The notes beneath the pieces are model-generated. The model was not told the DNA's origin and searched no databases. It was given only the letters and a program-made list of their open reading frames with translations. A stretch of DNA of 64,000 bases. Origin: Antedon mediterranea (Eukaryota > Animalia > Echinodermata). The position numbers and the translations under genes are program-made. Below, piece after piece: positions 12,721-25,170 of this stretch. Positions within the stretch are counted from its first letter, which is position 1. The number at the start of each line of letters is the position of its first letter. The DNA is taken from positions 24,845,432 through 24,909,431 of the forward strand of contig NC_092679.1 of NCBI RefSeq assembly GCF_964355755.1, given 5' to 3'.

Positions 12721-13750
12721 ACTTATGACTTTAAAAAATTCAGGCCTAAAGGCCTAAAAAAGTGCCCCTTTTTACCTTTTATTTGGAGGGGAATGCGTCC
12801 GCAAGCGTAGACCATTTTTCTTCAGGGAAAATCAGTTTATTTCCCAGATGTGAATCTGGAATTTCGATGTATGATGAGCAGTTCATGACATACAGGACAT
12901 TGGAAATGTAATAACTTAGCTATAATAAGATGTTGGAAAAATGTTTGTTTAGTGATGTAGGCGAGCCTACAGTGAAACGTCTATTTTAGGTACCCCACGG
13001 TACAGGGTTAATCGTAAATAAAAAAAAACAATAGATTGCGAACATAATTCGTACCCTTTTGCTGTATAGCGTACGTCGATACACAGTTCACAACGTAACG
13101 CTTAAAGTAAAGTTCGCCTGGAAACTAACAGTACACATTCTGGTCCCTGGATGGAACATGATATCACGCGTAAACCGCAATGGGCTGGGCCCAATGTTAA
13201 ACGATTCGTACAAAGGGACACCGCCAGACAAGTGCGTACCTATTGTTTATTAGATCGGTGGCATAATGCATGCAAAAAATTGTAATAGCTCTCCATCCAA
13301 TGTACTAAAAAAATGGAACGAAGTGAACGCGAATGATTTTTACTGTATATTATATTCCCCGACGAAAAGTACTCGCGTTCGCCGACGGGGGGGCTAGGCT
13401 CCCCGACGAGGGGGCTACAGCCCCCGTAGCCCCCCCCCCCCCCCACCCGCTGGCGCCACCACTGAACTGCACTCCATACCATTCCTATTTTCTATGGGTT
13501 CTTGAATTAATATATGAAAGTTAATATCCATATTGTTGGAAGTTCAATTTAAGCATACTGATTCAAGTACTATGCATGTTTTGCACTGTCAACAAAAATT
13601 CTGTGTCATGTGTGCATAAATTTCCTTTACACCTGAATCATGAACCCTGGAATTTCATTGGTTTGTGTGTATTTACACCGCCAGATGACAACCAATGACA
13701 ACCTTTCTTGAATGTTGAGCAGTATTTTAAACATTCAAGAAAGGTTGTCA

Positions 13751-15440
13751 TTAACTACAATTTGTTTTAAGTCGACCTTTTCTTATACTAACACATACAA
13801 CAAAGTCCTTGAATCTAGCCGGCATAGTTATATTTCTTTTGGGCCGGGCTGGTGTGTTTGGTACAACAAAATCCTTGAATCGAGCCGACATAGTTATATT
13901 TGTTTTGGGCCGGGCTGGTGTGTTTGGTACAACAAAGTCCTTGAATCTAGCCGGCATAGTTATATTTCTTTTGGGCCGGGCTGGTGTGTTTGGTACAACA
14001 AAGTCCTTGAATCTAGCCGGCATAGTTATATTTCTTTTGGACCGAGCTGGTGTGTTTGGTACAACAAAGTCCTTGAATCGAGCCGGCATAGTTATATTTC
14101 TTTTGCACCGAGCTGGTGTGTTTGGTACAACAAAGTCCTTGAATCGAGCCGGCATAGTTATATTTCTTTTGGGCCGGGCTGGTGTGTTTGGTACAACAAA
14201 GTCCTTGAATCGAGCCGGCATAGTTATATTTCTTTTGGGCTGGGCTGGTGTGTTTGGTAACCTTGTCTTGTTTTCCAGTAGATGGTTGTTTGTTGTCTGT
14301 GGCCTTGTCTGTCCTGTCTGATTCTGTTACAGGGCTGTTCATGGTCATTGTACTGTTTGGTTTGTCTGGTTGAACTGTTGGCCGCGTTGTCCGTAGAAAC
14401 TTTCTGTTGCGACGGTATAGTTTGCCATTTGTGGTTTCCACCAGGTAAGAACGAGGTCCTACTTTTCTTTTGCACGTCGCGGTTCTCCACTCTAGGTTGT
14501 TGTTTTCCGGTCGGAGTCTAACTGTCTCCTCAATGACAAGTTCTGGAAGTTCTGCAGTTTAGATTTTTGTTTTCTTCTCTTAATGTGTTTTGGAACTCTA
14601 GTAACTACCTGGGGTTGAAGAAGAATATCTGTTCTGGCAAGAGAGTGTTTGTTCTTCTAGACAAGAGTCGTTGGGCAGGGCTGTGTTCGGCCTCATTTGG
14701 AGTGTTTCTCCAGTCCAGAATAGCAATCTGTAAATCTGCTTCTTCTTTTGATGTTTTCTTCAGTATTTTCTTTGCAATTTTCACTGCTGCCTCGGCTTTC
14801 CCATTTGCTTGGCTGTGGTAAGGTGAACTGGTTACATGGTCGAATTACCATTTCTCAGTGAATTCTGCAAAATCTCTGCTCACCCACTGCCTTCCATTGT
14901 CCGAGATCAGTTAAGATGGAATTCCTTGTAGAGCAAAATGCGTCTTTGTGCATTCTATGATGGTTTTGTTAGATCTTTTAATTCATCCAGGAACCACATG
15001 TCACTGTAGTGATCTAGTGTTACAAGGAAATCTTTACTCCTATGCGTAAGTATGTCTTGAGAAATATTCTACCATGGTCTGGTTGGTATCGGGTATGATC
15101 TGACATTTGTCAACTACCTCTCTGATGTCTGCTGACATCCCTGGCCAGAAAAAGCTGTCTTTAGCTCTTCGGATCGATGCTTCCACACCCAGATGGCTTG
15201 AGTGAGTCTTTTGCAATCTGAGGCTTTTCCTCATCTCGGTAGGTACCATGATTTTCTGTCCTTTAAATAGGACGCCATCTTGTGCTGTTATTTCTTCTCG
15301 ATAATTGAAGTGTTCTCTGATGCTGCTTGTTACATCTGCTTTTGTGTCTGGCCAGCCGTGCTTGACCATCTCCATTAGCATTTGGCTCTGGTTGTCCCTC
15401 GCTGTTGCTTGCTTAAGCAGGTACTGGGTTGACCTAATAA
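13751..15440 (-). pseudogene. Ty3/Gypsy (Mag/K02A2.6-like) integrase remnant
   Basis: GWP..EEITAQDGVLFKG..HSSHLG..FFWPGM..C (Zn-binding part). DDE motifs LVTLDHYS, LISDNG, ANGKAEAAVK. Also WRNTP..SPAQRL, YRRNRKFL and terminal PARFKDFV. Multiple frameshifts and stops; no LTR found. Confidence 0.9.
13796..14257. repeat. 66-bp tandem repeat x7 encoding the integrase C-terminal peptide
   Basis: Unit TACAACAAAGTCCTTGAATCTAGCCGGCATAGTTATATTTCTTTTGGGCCGGGCTGGTGTGTTTGG. Minus strand reads PNTPARPKRNITMPARFKDFVV. Confidence 0.95.
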
Positions 15441-15465
15441 CGTTTATGTAATTAGCTGCATTGAT

Positions 15466-15599
15466 CTAATGTTTCCCTGACCAAGCATACATTTTCCATT
15501 TAATTTGAACACATAATAATCGTTCTTGCTTACTAATGTTTCCCTGACCAAGCATACATTTTCCATTTAATTTGAACACATAATAATCGTTCTTGCTTA
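15466..15599 (+). repeat. Perfect 67-bp tandem duplication
   Basis: CTAATGTTTCCCTGACCAAGC...TCGTTCTTGCTTA twice in tandem. Confidence 0.9.
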
Positions 15600-15656
15600 A
15601 CTCCAAAGTATATTCTGTTTTTTTTTTTGCAATTTTCTATCAAACTAGTAGTAGTA

Positions 15657-17221
15657 GGGTCTGTTTCTGTAACAAGACCGCGTTTCTGCTCAATTTGTGC
15701 TCCGAAATAACCGGTTAAATCTATGGGTGGTCTTCGAGCAAAACGTCATCATTACCCAAAATGCAATACACTCAGACGAAAGTAGTAAGTTGGCTGTTTG
15801 TTTACATCGACGTCGTCAATACACACGTGTGTATATCGCCGAACATCTCAAACATGTTAAAATAATAAAATGTTGTCTACAGGTCTACAAGTTTTGTTTT
15901 TTGTAAAGCCTACTTACTGATCGCTAATAAAATTAATTCTCATGGCGCCTTCAATAACATGGGGAGGATCGTGCAGCGCCCGATCGCCTAGGATAATTTT
16001 TATCTAGCCTAAAATTCCTCAACAAAGGCGATGATGATACGGCCCTTCCCACGTGAACGAGCGAGCGCGGTCCTACAAAAAACCAAACGGAAACAAAAAC
16101 GAGACTTAGAATGTTGCAATACCTACCTAATGTTAATTAATTATGAAACCCTAACTTTTATAGCAAAAATCGTCCGAATTTATGTTAAAAACGACGAGTT
16201 TAGCCACAAAAACTTAAATCAAACGAGAGTATCCAAGTCATAGAATATCGCACGCACATAGTGCCTTTAATAGAATAATGAGTATTAAACATTGTTTCGT
16301 ATATTTATGTACTAACATAAATAATAACATTTCTATGCTTAATAAAATCATATTTAATATATTATCAAAGGCTCTCATAACCTTTGTTTTCGGTCGATGT
16401 GATGTTTTTCTAAAAAAATTATATAAAACGATCAAATTAAGATTGTTCATTGTTCTCCTATTAAAGGCACTAAGGGCGTGCCATAAATACCCTCGTTTGG
16501 ATTAAGTTTTTGTTGCTAAATTCATCGTTTATAACATAAATTCGGATGATTTTTGCTATAAAATTTGGGTTTTCATAATTAATTAACCATTATCTACTAT
16601 CGTTTGGTAGGTATTTGCAACATTCTGAGTCCCTTTTGTTTCCGTTTTGGTGTTAATATACTGTAGGACCATCCATATCCTTCGCGAGCGTGTAGGCCTA
16701 CTAACGCCTCAAATTGCTTAGCTTGGGTAGTCCCCGGAACGGAACTCCACCCCAAATTCCTCTTTTACTTTCGCAAAAATGCTCTTATTTATTATCTGTG
16801 ATTCTTTTCTATTGCCTGCCATCCTTCCCTGTACTTTCTCTCCCCCCACACAACAACTGAATAACATATCTTGTGATTTCATTCATCCACATACATGTTC
16901 ACTTCTTCGTTCGACTGTCAAAACCACGAGGAAAACACGCACCGTATGCGACGGTATCTGACCCGGGGTCACAACTGTCAATCAAATAATCGTTATTTCG
17001 TGTTGCAGCTAAGAATTGCTCAGCGATAACCGGTTAAACGGCGTTCTAACACCGATTTAAATTGGTGTTTTTAACCGGTTATTTTGCGCTGCCTTTTAAC
17101 CGGTTACCACAAATGTGTCCTGTTTCTGCTGCCAAGAAAATGGAGTTAATTTATTCACACCGATTTTAATTTATTCACACCGATTTTAACCGGTTATTTT
17201 TTATGCAGCAGAAACAGGCCC
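15657..17221. mobile_element. Non-autonomous PIF/Harbinger-like element
   Basis: GGGTCTGTTTCTG ... CAGAAACAGGCCC termini, 3-bp TSD GTA (15654-15656, 17222-17224), many TAACCGGTTA subterminal palindromes. Partial diverged copy at 45197-45520. Confidence 0.7.
16069..16670. repeat. Long diverged inverted repeat (~600-bp hairpin)
   Basis: GGTCCTACA..AAACGGAAACAAAA..GAATGTTGCAATACCTACC..GTGCCTTTAATAG is mirrored by CTATTAAAGGCAC..GGTAGGTATTTGCAACATTC..TTTTGTTTCCGTTT..TGTAGGACC. Confidence 0.85.
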
Positions 17222-17706
17222 GTAGTGAAGTTTCATTTAGCCAACCTTGAATGATGCAACTGCTTTGGGTTTCAAGTACATGTGGTAAATCCATATCAAT
17301 TGCAGTACATTAGCATTGTATCAAATACATTCTACAAAAACAGATGATAGTGTCATTATTAGAAGGATTACAGTAATTGAAGATGTCTAAGTGAAAATGA
17401 GGCAGATATAATTTAAAAATATGTATTTGATGCAATTTAAAATATAAAGATGGTCCATGGCTACTGTTCTTATATGTATTACACACAAGACATTTTATAC
17501 AAAATGTGTGAGTAATCTACTAAATAAATATCTTTAAACAAAGGAAATTTGCCAATTTAAACAATATCTATATGAAGTCAAGAGAATGAAATGGTGAAGC
17601 GTGATCGTTTCACTAATCAGAATTAGCAAGTAGGATATTGTAAACAGCAGTAGACTAGGTAAAATAGTTTGTACAACTAATGTTGTATAAAAACCAAAAT
17701 AGTAAT

Positions 17707-17905
17707 GAGTGAGTGGCCGCGTGGTTAAGACAGTGGAACTGTATGTAGCCATAACATCTTCTTGGAAAGGACTATAAACTAGAGGTCCAGTGTACACATT
17801 GGGCTCATGTGCACTTTAAGGAAACAGTGGCCGGTTTCACAGTCACTGTCACAATATCGCTCATCAGAGTCTAGTCTTGACTGAAGAGGTCACCGAACAG
17901 TAATA
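17707..17905 (+). mobile_element. Internally deleted tRNA-derived Deu-domain-like SINE
   Basis: A-box-like head GTGGCCGCGTGGTTAAGAC, central AAGGACTATAAACTAGAGGTCCAGTGTACAC, and tail AGTCTTGACTGAAGAGGT shared with 22043-22628. Confidence 0.6.
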
Positions 17906-19109
17906 GAAAATAATAGATACAATACCTTACAATCCTATGTAGCATAGTACATGTATTAAACCTGAAAATAATATGTAAATTGTATTAAACAAAACCTAAA
18001 ACCTGTCCATACCAACGAAGTTGAAGATGACACACCACTGTGATGACCCGAAAATATTAACAAAGAGCTTTGCTATAGAAGTACAGATAACACTGTGGTG
18101 GTAGGATAGGGGGTGACGAGGGGACAAATAATGGGTCTACCTTCTACACTTATTATCGGTTGTTTTCTTTACTCCCATCAAAATCTAATTGCGTATAATA
18201 CTACGTTGAGCCAATTAATACAAATTTAACCTGCAATTAAAATTATAAATATGCTAGGAATTAGCTTTACAGCATAAACATTGAACTCTTATTTTTGAGA
18301 AGGCATATTGTAGGAATGGGATTGATGATTGATTCCCAATTCATCTTTAGACGTCTGGTTATCCATTGCTCTCTCTTGATTGTCAATGATGTTTATATTT
18401 ACAATTTATATAATTTAGTATTTATATATTCATCATTGATTTGTGGTATATATGGTATGAAAAATAACTTTTTATTGATTCTGATTGCATGCATAATACG
18501 ATACAGCTGAGTAGTAATTATTAGTTAAAATATGGATGGATCTTGCTATTGATCTTGTAACTTTAAATCACAAAGCATAAACGAATCAGGTATTTTGCAC
18601 ATTGCTCAGTGATATCCAAACATAGACAGATTTAACAGATTCATTGTTGCAGTATTTTAACATGTGTATGATAATCAGATATATATATTTATTATCTTTT
18701 TATTGAATATCTTGTATTTTATACTCAAATGACTTAAATTGTTGTTTGTATTGTTTTATCATGTTTTAAATTGACAAAATATATGAAATGAAAACTACAG
18801 TCATGGTTGTCCAATAACAAAAGGAAAATGGCGCTGTTCAATTCTTCATACATGATTACTTAACAAAATGGCTCATCTTAGTCTGTTTAATTTTAAAATG
18901 TAGAAAGTGAATTGTTCATTATTCATAGCAGTTGTCCTACGCTTTGTCGTCATACAGGATAAGTTGGTGTTACGGAAAGTAATAAAGCTATTTTGATCTT
19001 GTGTTACTCCTCTACCATGTTTCTGTCAACGGTTGTATTGGGGATGCTGCAGCAGCAGAATATCCTCAGGGCACAATTCTCAATGAGAGCCAGAAATTAG
19101 GTTACCGCT

Positions 19110-19161
19110 ATGGAGATTCCCTCTAGGAGGTTCTCATTCAGTGAACTTTTCAGATTTCCAG
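19110..19161 (+). CDS. Candidate short first coding exon (phase 1)
   Basis: GCTATGG Kozak context, MEIPSRRFSFSELFRFP, donor CAG|GTCAGT, in non-repetitive sequence. Confidence 0.25.
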
Positions 19162-19439
19162 GTCAGTATTTACACCAAGGCAATAACCTGACCGACAATG
19201 ACCTCCACAACCTTGTATAGAAGGGATGTCTGAGATTTTTAGCAACACCAAAATTATAAATAAAAGGCTAAACTATTTATATTTAATTTTTAATTTACCA
19301 ACATCTTACTTTCATTGTACATTATATATAAAAATGGTAGATTGTGTTTGTGTATTAATTATTAGATTATTGTACATTGTATAGATCTATGCCTACAAAA
19401 AATTACCTACCACAAACTTACCCATCCATGCCCTTCTAT

Positions 19440-21469
19440 GAGTGTTGACAAAGTGCGAGGCAGCGAGGCAAGCGAGGCATGCCAAATATTTGTGCGAGGA
19501 TCATTTTATCATTTCCAAAAGTGCGAGGCATGCGAGGCATATAGTTTACAATTTCAAAAAGGTGCGAGGCATATCTTAACGTGCTCTTATGCTATATTAT
19601 AGGCCTAATAATCAATCGATACAAGCGTATCTAAATAGATTCGTGTATACACTCATCATGTTGTTTATTTTTATGTAACGATTGTTTTTTCATTCAAGTC
19701 ATATCGTGTCAAATTTTACTTTTACAAAAGTGCCCAAACTACGGTTAAAAAATCGAAACGACAGTCTTCAACTTTCGATAAACAATAATTGTTATAGCGA
19801 CACACTCATCAAATGACTGCAATGTTTGTTGGCATTTCGAGCGTGTTCACTCACATGTCTCTCGAACATAGCAGAGTGAAAATAATATTTTGTCACACCC
19901 CTGCGCCTAGATCCGGTAGACCCGAGAGATGGAAAATCCCTCTTTACTATTTAGCAGGTAGCGGAATGATTCAGCCCTCAGCTCAGAGGATTGTGGTGCA
20001 TTCCCCTCCTATAGCACGTGGTTTCAGCAGCAACGCACAGACTTCTCTCTGAGCGGCGTGCCAAAGACATTTTTGACATTCCATTCTCTAGGAACAACAT
20101 GTGTACCTCTCTCGCAAATAAGGTGAACAGCGATTGCCAGGACAAGTTCAATAACTGGCGGTGAATAAAAGGTAACTGATATGGCGATCCAATAACATGC
20201 CGCAAAGAAAAAAATTGCGACAGAATTCTGGAGCGCGTGTGAAAAAAGACTTACGTCCGACAATTGTAATACTAGGCCTAAAATTAAACTTTAGCTAATA
20301 TGCTTAGCCCTAACCTAGATAAGAGGCCTATGTAGAAAATAATTTAATCAATTTTGATATAATAATAATTGGTGTAATATTTAATAATGATACACTATTC
20401 CTGTTTTAGTAAGCTAGGTATATTACGAACGATTTTTATTTATTGTTGTCCATGTACGTACTAATAAACCTGGCGCTAGTTTCCTTCGCTTGTATTTTTA
20501 CTCCAAATTTGATAACTAACTTTATCGTGTGAATACCACACCTTAGAAGTATACCTCATGAGTACTTTAATGAAAGAATCACATAAAAAGTAACAAATAA
20601 ATCCTTAAATTAATGATTTTACAGGCGTGTTTCTTGCACACTGTTCGCGAATTTCACTTATTCAATGTTCAATATTTTTGTTTCTATGGAGCGCCAAAAG
20701 AGCAACGATAATAGAGGACTAAAACTCAGTGGAATGCGTCAATTTCTCATGCATTTATTGGTGAAAAATTTTATTTCAATATATTTGTTAATTTGTCAAT
20801 AAAAATGCTGTAATATGTTACTGCTGATACTGTTCTGTTTTCAAAGAATAATAATCGATCCTAAATCAACATCACTACCTAGTCTAGACCTAGGACATCC
20901 TACTAAGGATATTATGATGAATTTTTCTATTTTATTCTTTAAAAGGTTAACGAAACCGTGTACATTATCAACAGTAACATTTTTCCTTACTGACAGTGAC
21001 AAAATCTATTGAAATTGTACTTGATTTTCACCAAATAATGCGTTAAATATAAATGGATTCCACAGAGTTTTTAGCCCTCTAATTAATTTTGCTCTTTTGG
21101 CGTTCCATAGAAACCAAAATATTGAACATTGAGTGTGCGAAATGCGAGAAAAACAACGTCTGTAAATGGATTTATTGTTACTTTTATGTGATTTTTCTTC
21201 ATTAAAGTAGGCCTACTAATTCTAAGCTGTGGTATTCAGGATAAAGTTGGTTAAAATACAAGGCAGGTGCAAAAGGAAACTAGCCTAGCGGGCCTAGGCC
21301 TAGGCTACTTCAATTTCGGTGATTTCCTGCCTTGCAATTTTGAGAAATGATAAAATGATGCCTCATATTTTTTGATGATCGTAAAACGATGCCTCGCATA
21401 CATTTCTGACTTGCCTCGCATGCCTTCCCTGCCTCGCGTGCCTCGCTGCCTCGCACTTTGTTACTACCC
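19440..21469. mobile_element. Non-autonomous Mutator-like (MULE) element with 9-bp TSD
   Basis: TIR G(A/G)GT....ACAAAGTGCGAGGCAGCGAGGCA. TSD CCCTTCTAT at 19431-19439 and 21470-21478. GCGAGGCA subterminal repeats. Confidence 0.85.
20475..21284. repeat. Long internal inverted repeat (old foldback element) within the MULE
   Basis: ~330-bp arms, e.g. CAATGTTCAATATTTTTGTTTCTATGGAGCGCCAAAAGAGC vs GCTCTTTTGGCGTTCCATAGAAACCAAAATATTGAACATTG. Confidence 0.85.
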
Positions 21470-22042
21470 CCCTTCTATTCTAATTCTAGTAATCACAGAT
21501 CTAGATTTTTAAGGGTATTTCTCAAAATTTGTTTTGACTGTCAAAAGACAATAGCTAGCCCTAGCTTTGTTTCGGAAGCCATGTTGAGAAACGGCGCTCT
21601 AGGATATGAATATTAATGAGGCGCATAAAGAGAACGGTTGATTGTCAAAAACGTTTGAAAGGTGGCAAGTATCTGAAACGCTTTTTTGTCGTTTGAAATA
21701 ATTTACTGCAGACGCCTTATTTTCATGAGTTTGAGTTAGATATCTTTTATTTACTCTGGTGTTCCCACATTTATTTCATGCTATTATTTCAAGTCAATAA
21801 TTACTATTGCATACTTCAGCTGTGAGAATTGGGCCTACTAGAGCAGCCTAGGTGCATTAGTGTAGGCTAAGCTACAAATACAATCGTAACTGTAGTTAAG
21901 CCCCTAGATAAAAAATGTATTCAAAATGTTCAATAAATCAGCTAAATGAAAACTTGCCACAATTTATAATCACACGTATAGTGATCATTGAATTGATTAG
22001 TTTTTATCTCCATTCTATTTACGCAGTATGCATTACAGTACT

Positions 22043-22628
22043 AGTGAGTTGCCGAGGGTTCATCGGCAAAGGGTTTGAGCTCACTCACCATGGTTATGGT
22101 GGTAGAACAAGTCCTTTCGGATAAGGGTTAACAACTGTAGGTCCATTGTACACATCTAGCTTATGTGCACTTTACAGAACCTAGTACATCTTTATTCTTT
22201 ATTTCAAGCCAACAGTGTAAAACACCAATAACAGGTTGAAAATAAAATAACTAAACTACAAAATATAAGCCAATATAAATATATACAAAAATGTAAATAA
22301 GATTATTTAAATAATTTCATTAATAATACATTTAAATTGAGAGAAATTACAGTTAAAGATTTTAAAAGACATGAATTGTACAAAGACAAGAGTCTACAGA
22401 AAATACCATTTTTACAAACATTGACACGAGAGTATTTAACATGAAGAAAGGGTTTACTACGAAGATTACGAACAGGAATATTAAAGGAAGGGTTTACTAC
22501 GAAGATTACAAGACAAGTAGGGGGTTATCCCCCAGTGTACTAGTACACACACAGCCACTGATGATCATAACTGGGCCCTCTGAGACCAGTCTTTGACTGA
22601 AGAGGTTACGGAGTAAAAATAAATAACA
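22043..22628 (+). mobile_element. Deu-domain-like SINE interrupted by a LINE 3' fragment
   Basis: tRNA-like head, TTTCGGATAAGG..TAGGTCC..AGAACCTAGTACATCTTT [insert] ..AGTAGGGGGTTATCCCCCAGTGT (resembles the Deu domain as recalled), and LINE-like tail GGGCCCTCTGAGACCAGTC. Confidence 0.65.
22194..22508 (-). mobile_element. CR1-group LINE 3' fragment inserted in the SINE
   Basis: Minus-strand FNIPVRNLRSKPFLHVKYSRVNVCKNGIFCRLLSLYN resembles a LINE ORF2 C-terminus. A-rich tail. Confidence 0.55.
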
Positions 22629-22776
22629 AAATCAAAAGTAAAGATAGAGGGTGGAATCATTCAAATCTTGCTATGTTTATGGTTGATCCTACTCATTCAT
22701 TGTGAAAATGGTTTGTGTGCCTTAATTGAAGAAGTTAGGTTTTTTTATTTTGAAAGCAGAATAATGTACTATTGTA

Positions 22777-22864
22777 CCCAGGGCCCCAAGGGAGACCAGT
22801 CTTTTTGACTTATTGGGCCACCCTGGTTAAATATTGTTAATAAATAAATAAATAAATAAATAAT
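22777..22864 (+). mobile_element. Solo 3' tail of a CR1/L2-group LINE
   Basis: CAGGGCCCCAAGGGAGACCAGT..TTGGGCCACCCTGG + (TAAA)n. Similar to the 3' UTR at 54834-54880. Confidence 0.7.
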
Positions 22865-24922
22865 TCAGTGGTTGGAATTGAGATTTCAATGACTTTATAT
22901 TCTAAAATATTTTATACTGTAGTATTAATGTTGTGTTCTTAATTTTGTCTGATTTGTCAAATTTGTATTACTAAGTCATATGTTGAGTTGTATCATAAGC
23001 CACCTTATTCCCATTGCAATCAACAATAAAAGGTGCATAACAACTGACAAATTGAAGAGCAAGCAGGAACCTTTAATGATGCTTATAATTAAAATTAGTG
23101 TATTTAATGACTTCTCTAGAAGTATTCAGTATCATCACAGGTGTGCCTCCGGAGGATTATTTTAAAAATATGGGATGATTTCTTGCCGCTTGCCAATAAC
23201 AATGTCTTAATATTATATCATATTTGCTATTTCGGTTTTAAATTTGCAAAAGTTATCATTAATGAATTTCAAATTCCATCAATAGCCAAATGGATGATTA
23301 ATTTATATGAATCAGTCTATCAGAAATACTTTTAATCAATCAATTGTTTTACATTGATATACCATAGAGATATTTTACATCAAGTGAAAGTCATCCAGTA
23401 GGCGAAGCAGTAAAATAATACCCTAAATATTAAGATATGTATTAGAACAGATAATTATAGAATGTATGGAATTTGATGAGTTTGAATTGTAACATCATCA
23501 TTGGCATAATCGTGTCATACAAATCCATTTGCATGAACACAGTTAAACCCAAGTTCAGAGATCTAGTTGACCATCTAAGTGTATGCCTTTGCGTCTGATC
23601 TAAGCAGTGGTGTTGTTAAGCTGTTATGTACGACAGCTACATACCCTATCTTAACTAACGCCACATTGTTAACATAACCGAAGTGCATTGCATTTTGAGT
23701 ATTGATAATTGTTTAGACGACGACCTCCAACTTTTGTTTTTTTGGGAGCACAAACTTTGATGTCAAGTAAATATATAAATTATTATTTAATCTACAATAT
23801 TATCAAATCTTTTTCATCTTTTTTTCATATCCGTTATATATTCATGACACATCTACTCCATTTACTTTATTAAATGCAAGATTGTCTTCAGCAAAATAGG
23901 TTGCTATTCAATCAGCTAATATGGAAGAGGCCATAACCAGAAATTTGAACTTTTTACAAGTAAATTCATGAAGCATTTATCTAGAAAGATGAATAGCAAT
24001 AGCAATAGTATGATAAAGTGTACTAGACATGTCAGAGAGAAATGACAATAATTCCAAAGAAACTGAAACCAAACTATCAATCATGTATAGTATTTTTACC
24101 TGCAAGTTGTTGATAAGATTTGAATTCAATATTACTGATCTTCAGTATAGTTGATAACAGAAGATAAATTATTACAAAGTCATTTGTCAAACTGATAAAC
24201 AGGTTCTATCATCAAATTTGGTATCTTTTTCCCAGTCAAATAATTACAAACAAAAATCGGCCATTCTAAAACTGTGTTTACACATAGTTATTAACTCTGT
24301 CTTACTGTACTTAAGCTGATCCAAATCATATCCAAGTTACATCCGTGGTAAGTGCTCATGTTTTCACTCTTTTAAAGATTCAAAATTAAGCGTTTCCCAT
24401 CACAGAACAATCTAAGCCCCAGTTTAACTCCCAATAGTTTAGGTTGTGATATGTTCTAATGCTTGATTCTCAAGTGTACAGTATTTACGTGCAAATAGTC
24501 ATAATTTGTTTAAAGTATCACTATGAAAAATAAAAAAAAGTTGGTTGTTTTTTTTTACTGTTACGATTTATATATTGTGATTTGAATAACGTTCTTGGTA
24601 CCATTGTATTTGATTTTTTGAAAATTACAACAATTAGATCAGATTAGTAAAACATTGAAATTGGCTAAAAATGCTGGCAGTGGCAGTGGTAGTTTCTAAC
24701 AGAACAACCTCTGGCAATCAAAATGTTAAAAGTGCCTCTCACTAAACAATTAACACAGACTCTTAGTATAGAATTCTACAATCATATGCAAATATTTCCA
24801 GTGCTCAATTCATACGACTGAAGCAGAAGCTTCCTTTTTCCACAGCTATACATAAGGTATTGGCATTTGCTTTGTTGTACCATAACAATGAAATAATGTA
24901 TGTTTATAATATAATATATTTA

Positions 24923-25170
24923 ACTAGATTTGAACTTATCATCATGACGAGTTCGGGTTATCCGCTGCCCAAACGAATCATGCACAATGTTAAATTGTTA
25001 ATACAATTTTTTTCTGAAAAGTTATGGTTCTTCCATTGTTTTATTTTCACAATATCTCACCAAAAGTTGGTGCAGACATTTTTTCTAACATGGGCATGAA
25101 CCATATTGTTCTAGATGACGTGTAATTTATAAATTTTGTGAAGGATTCTGAAATGCCAAAAATTACAAAT
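24923..25170 (-). mobile_element. Helentron family fragment (3' end)
   Basis: ACTAGATTTGAACTTATCATCATGACGAGTTCGGGTTATCCGC, the same terminus as the units at 33155-39027. Confidence 0.65.

Larger units (their letters stand above)
10842..13464. mobile_element. Non-autonomous hAT element with 8-bp TSD, carrying an RTE fragment and an internal satellite
   Basis: TIR CAGCGGTGGCGCCAG / CTGGCGCCACCACTG (14/15). Perfect TSD AACTGCAC at 10834-10841 and 13465-13472. GGGGGCT subterminal motifs. Confidence 0.9.

Noticed and set aside
13712-14321. Plus-strand 182-aa and 170-aa ORFs
   Set aside because: Antisense translations of the 66-bp repeat.
17707-17745. tRNA gene
   Set aside because: Only an A-box/D-arm-like head with no cloverleaf; SINE-derived.
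17878-17900. CTGAAGAGGTCACCGAAC hammerhead-like string
   Set aside because: It is the SINE 3' tail (also at ~22597) and lacks GAAA and stems I/III.
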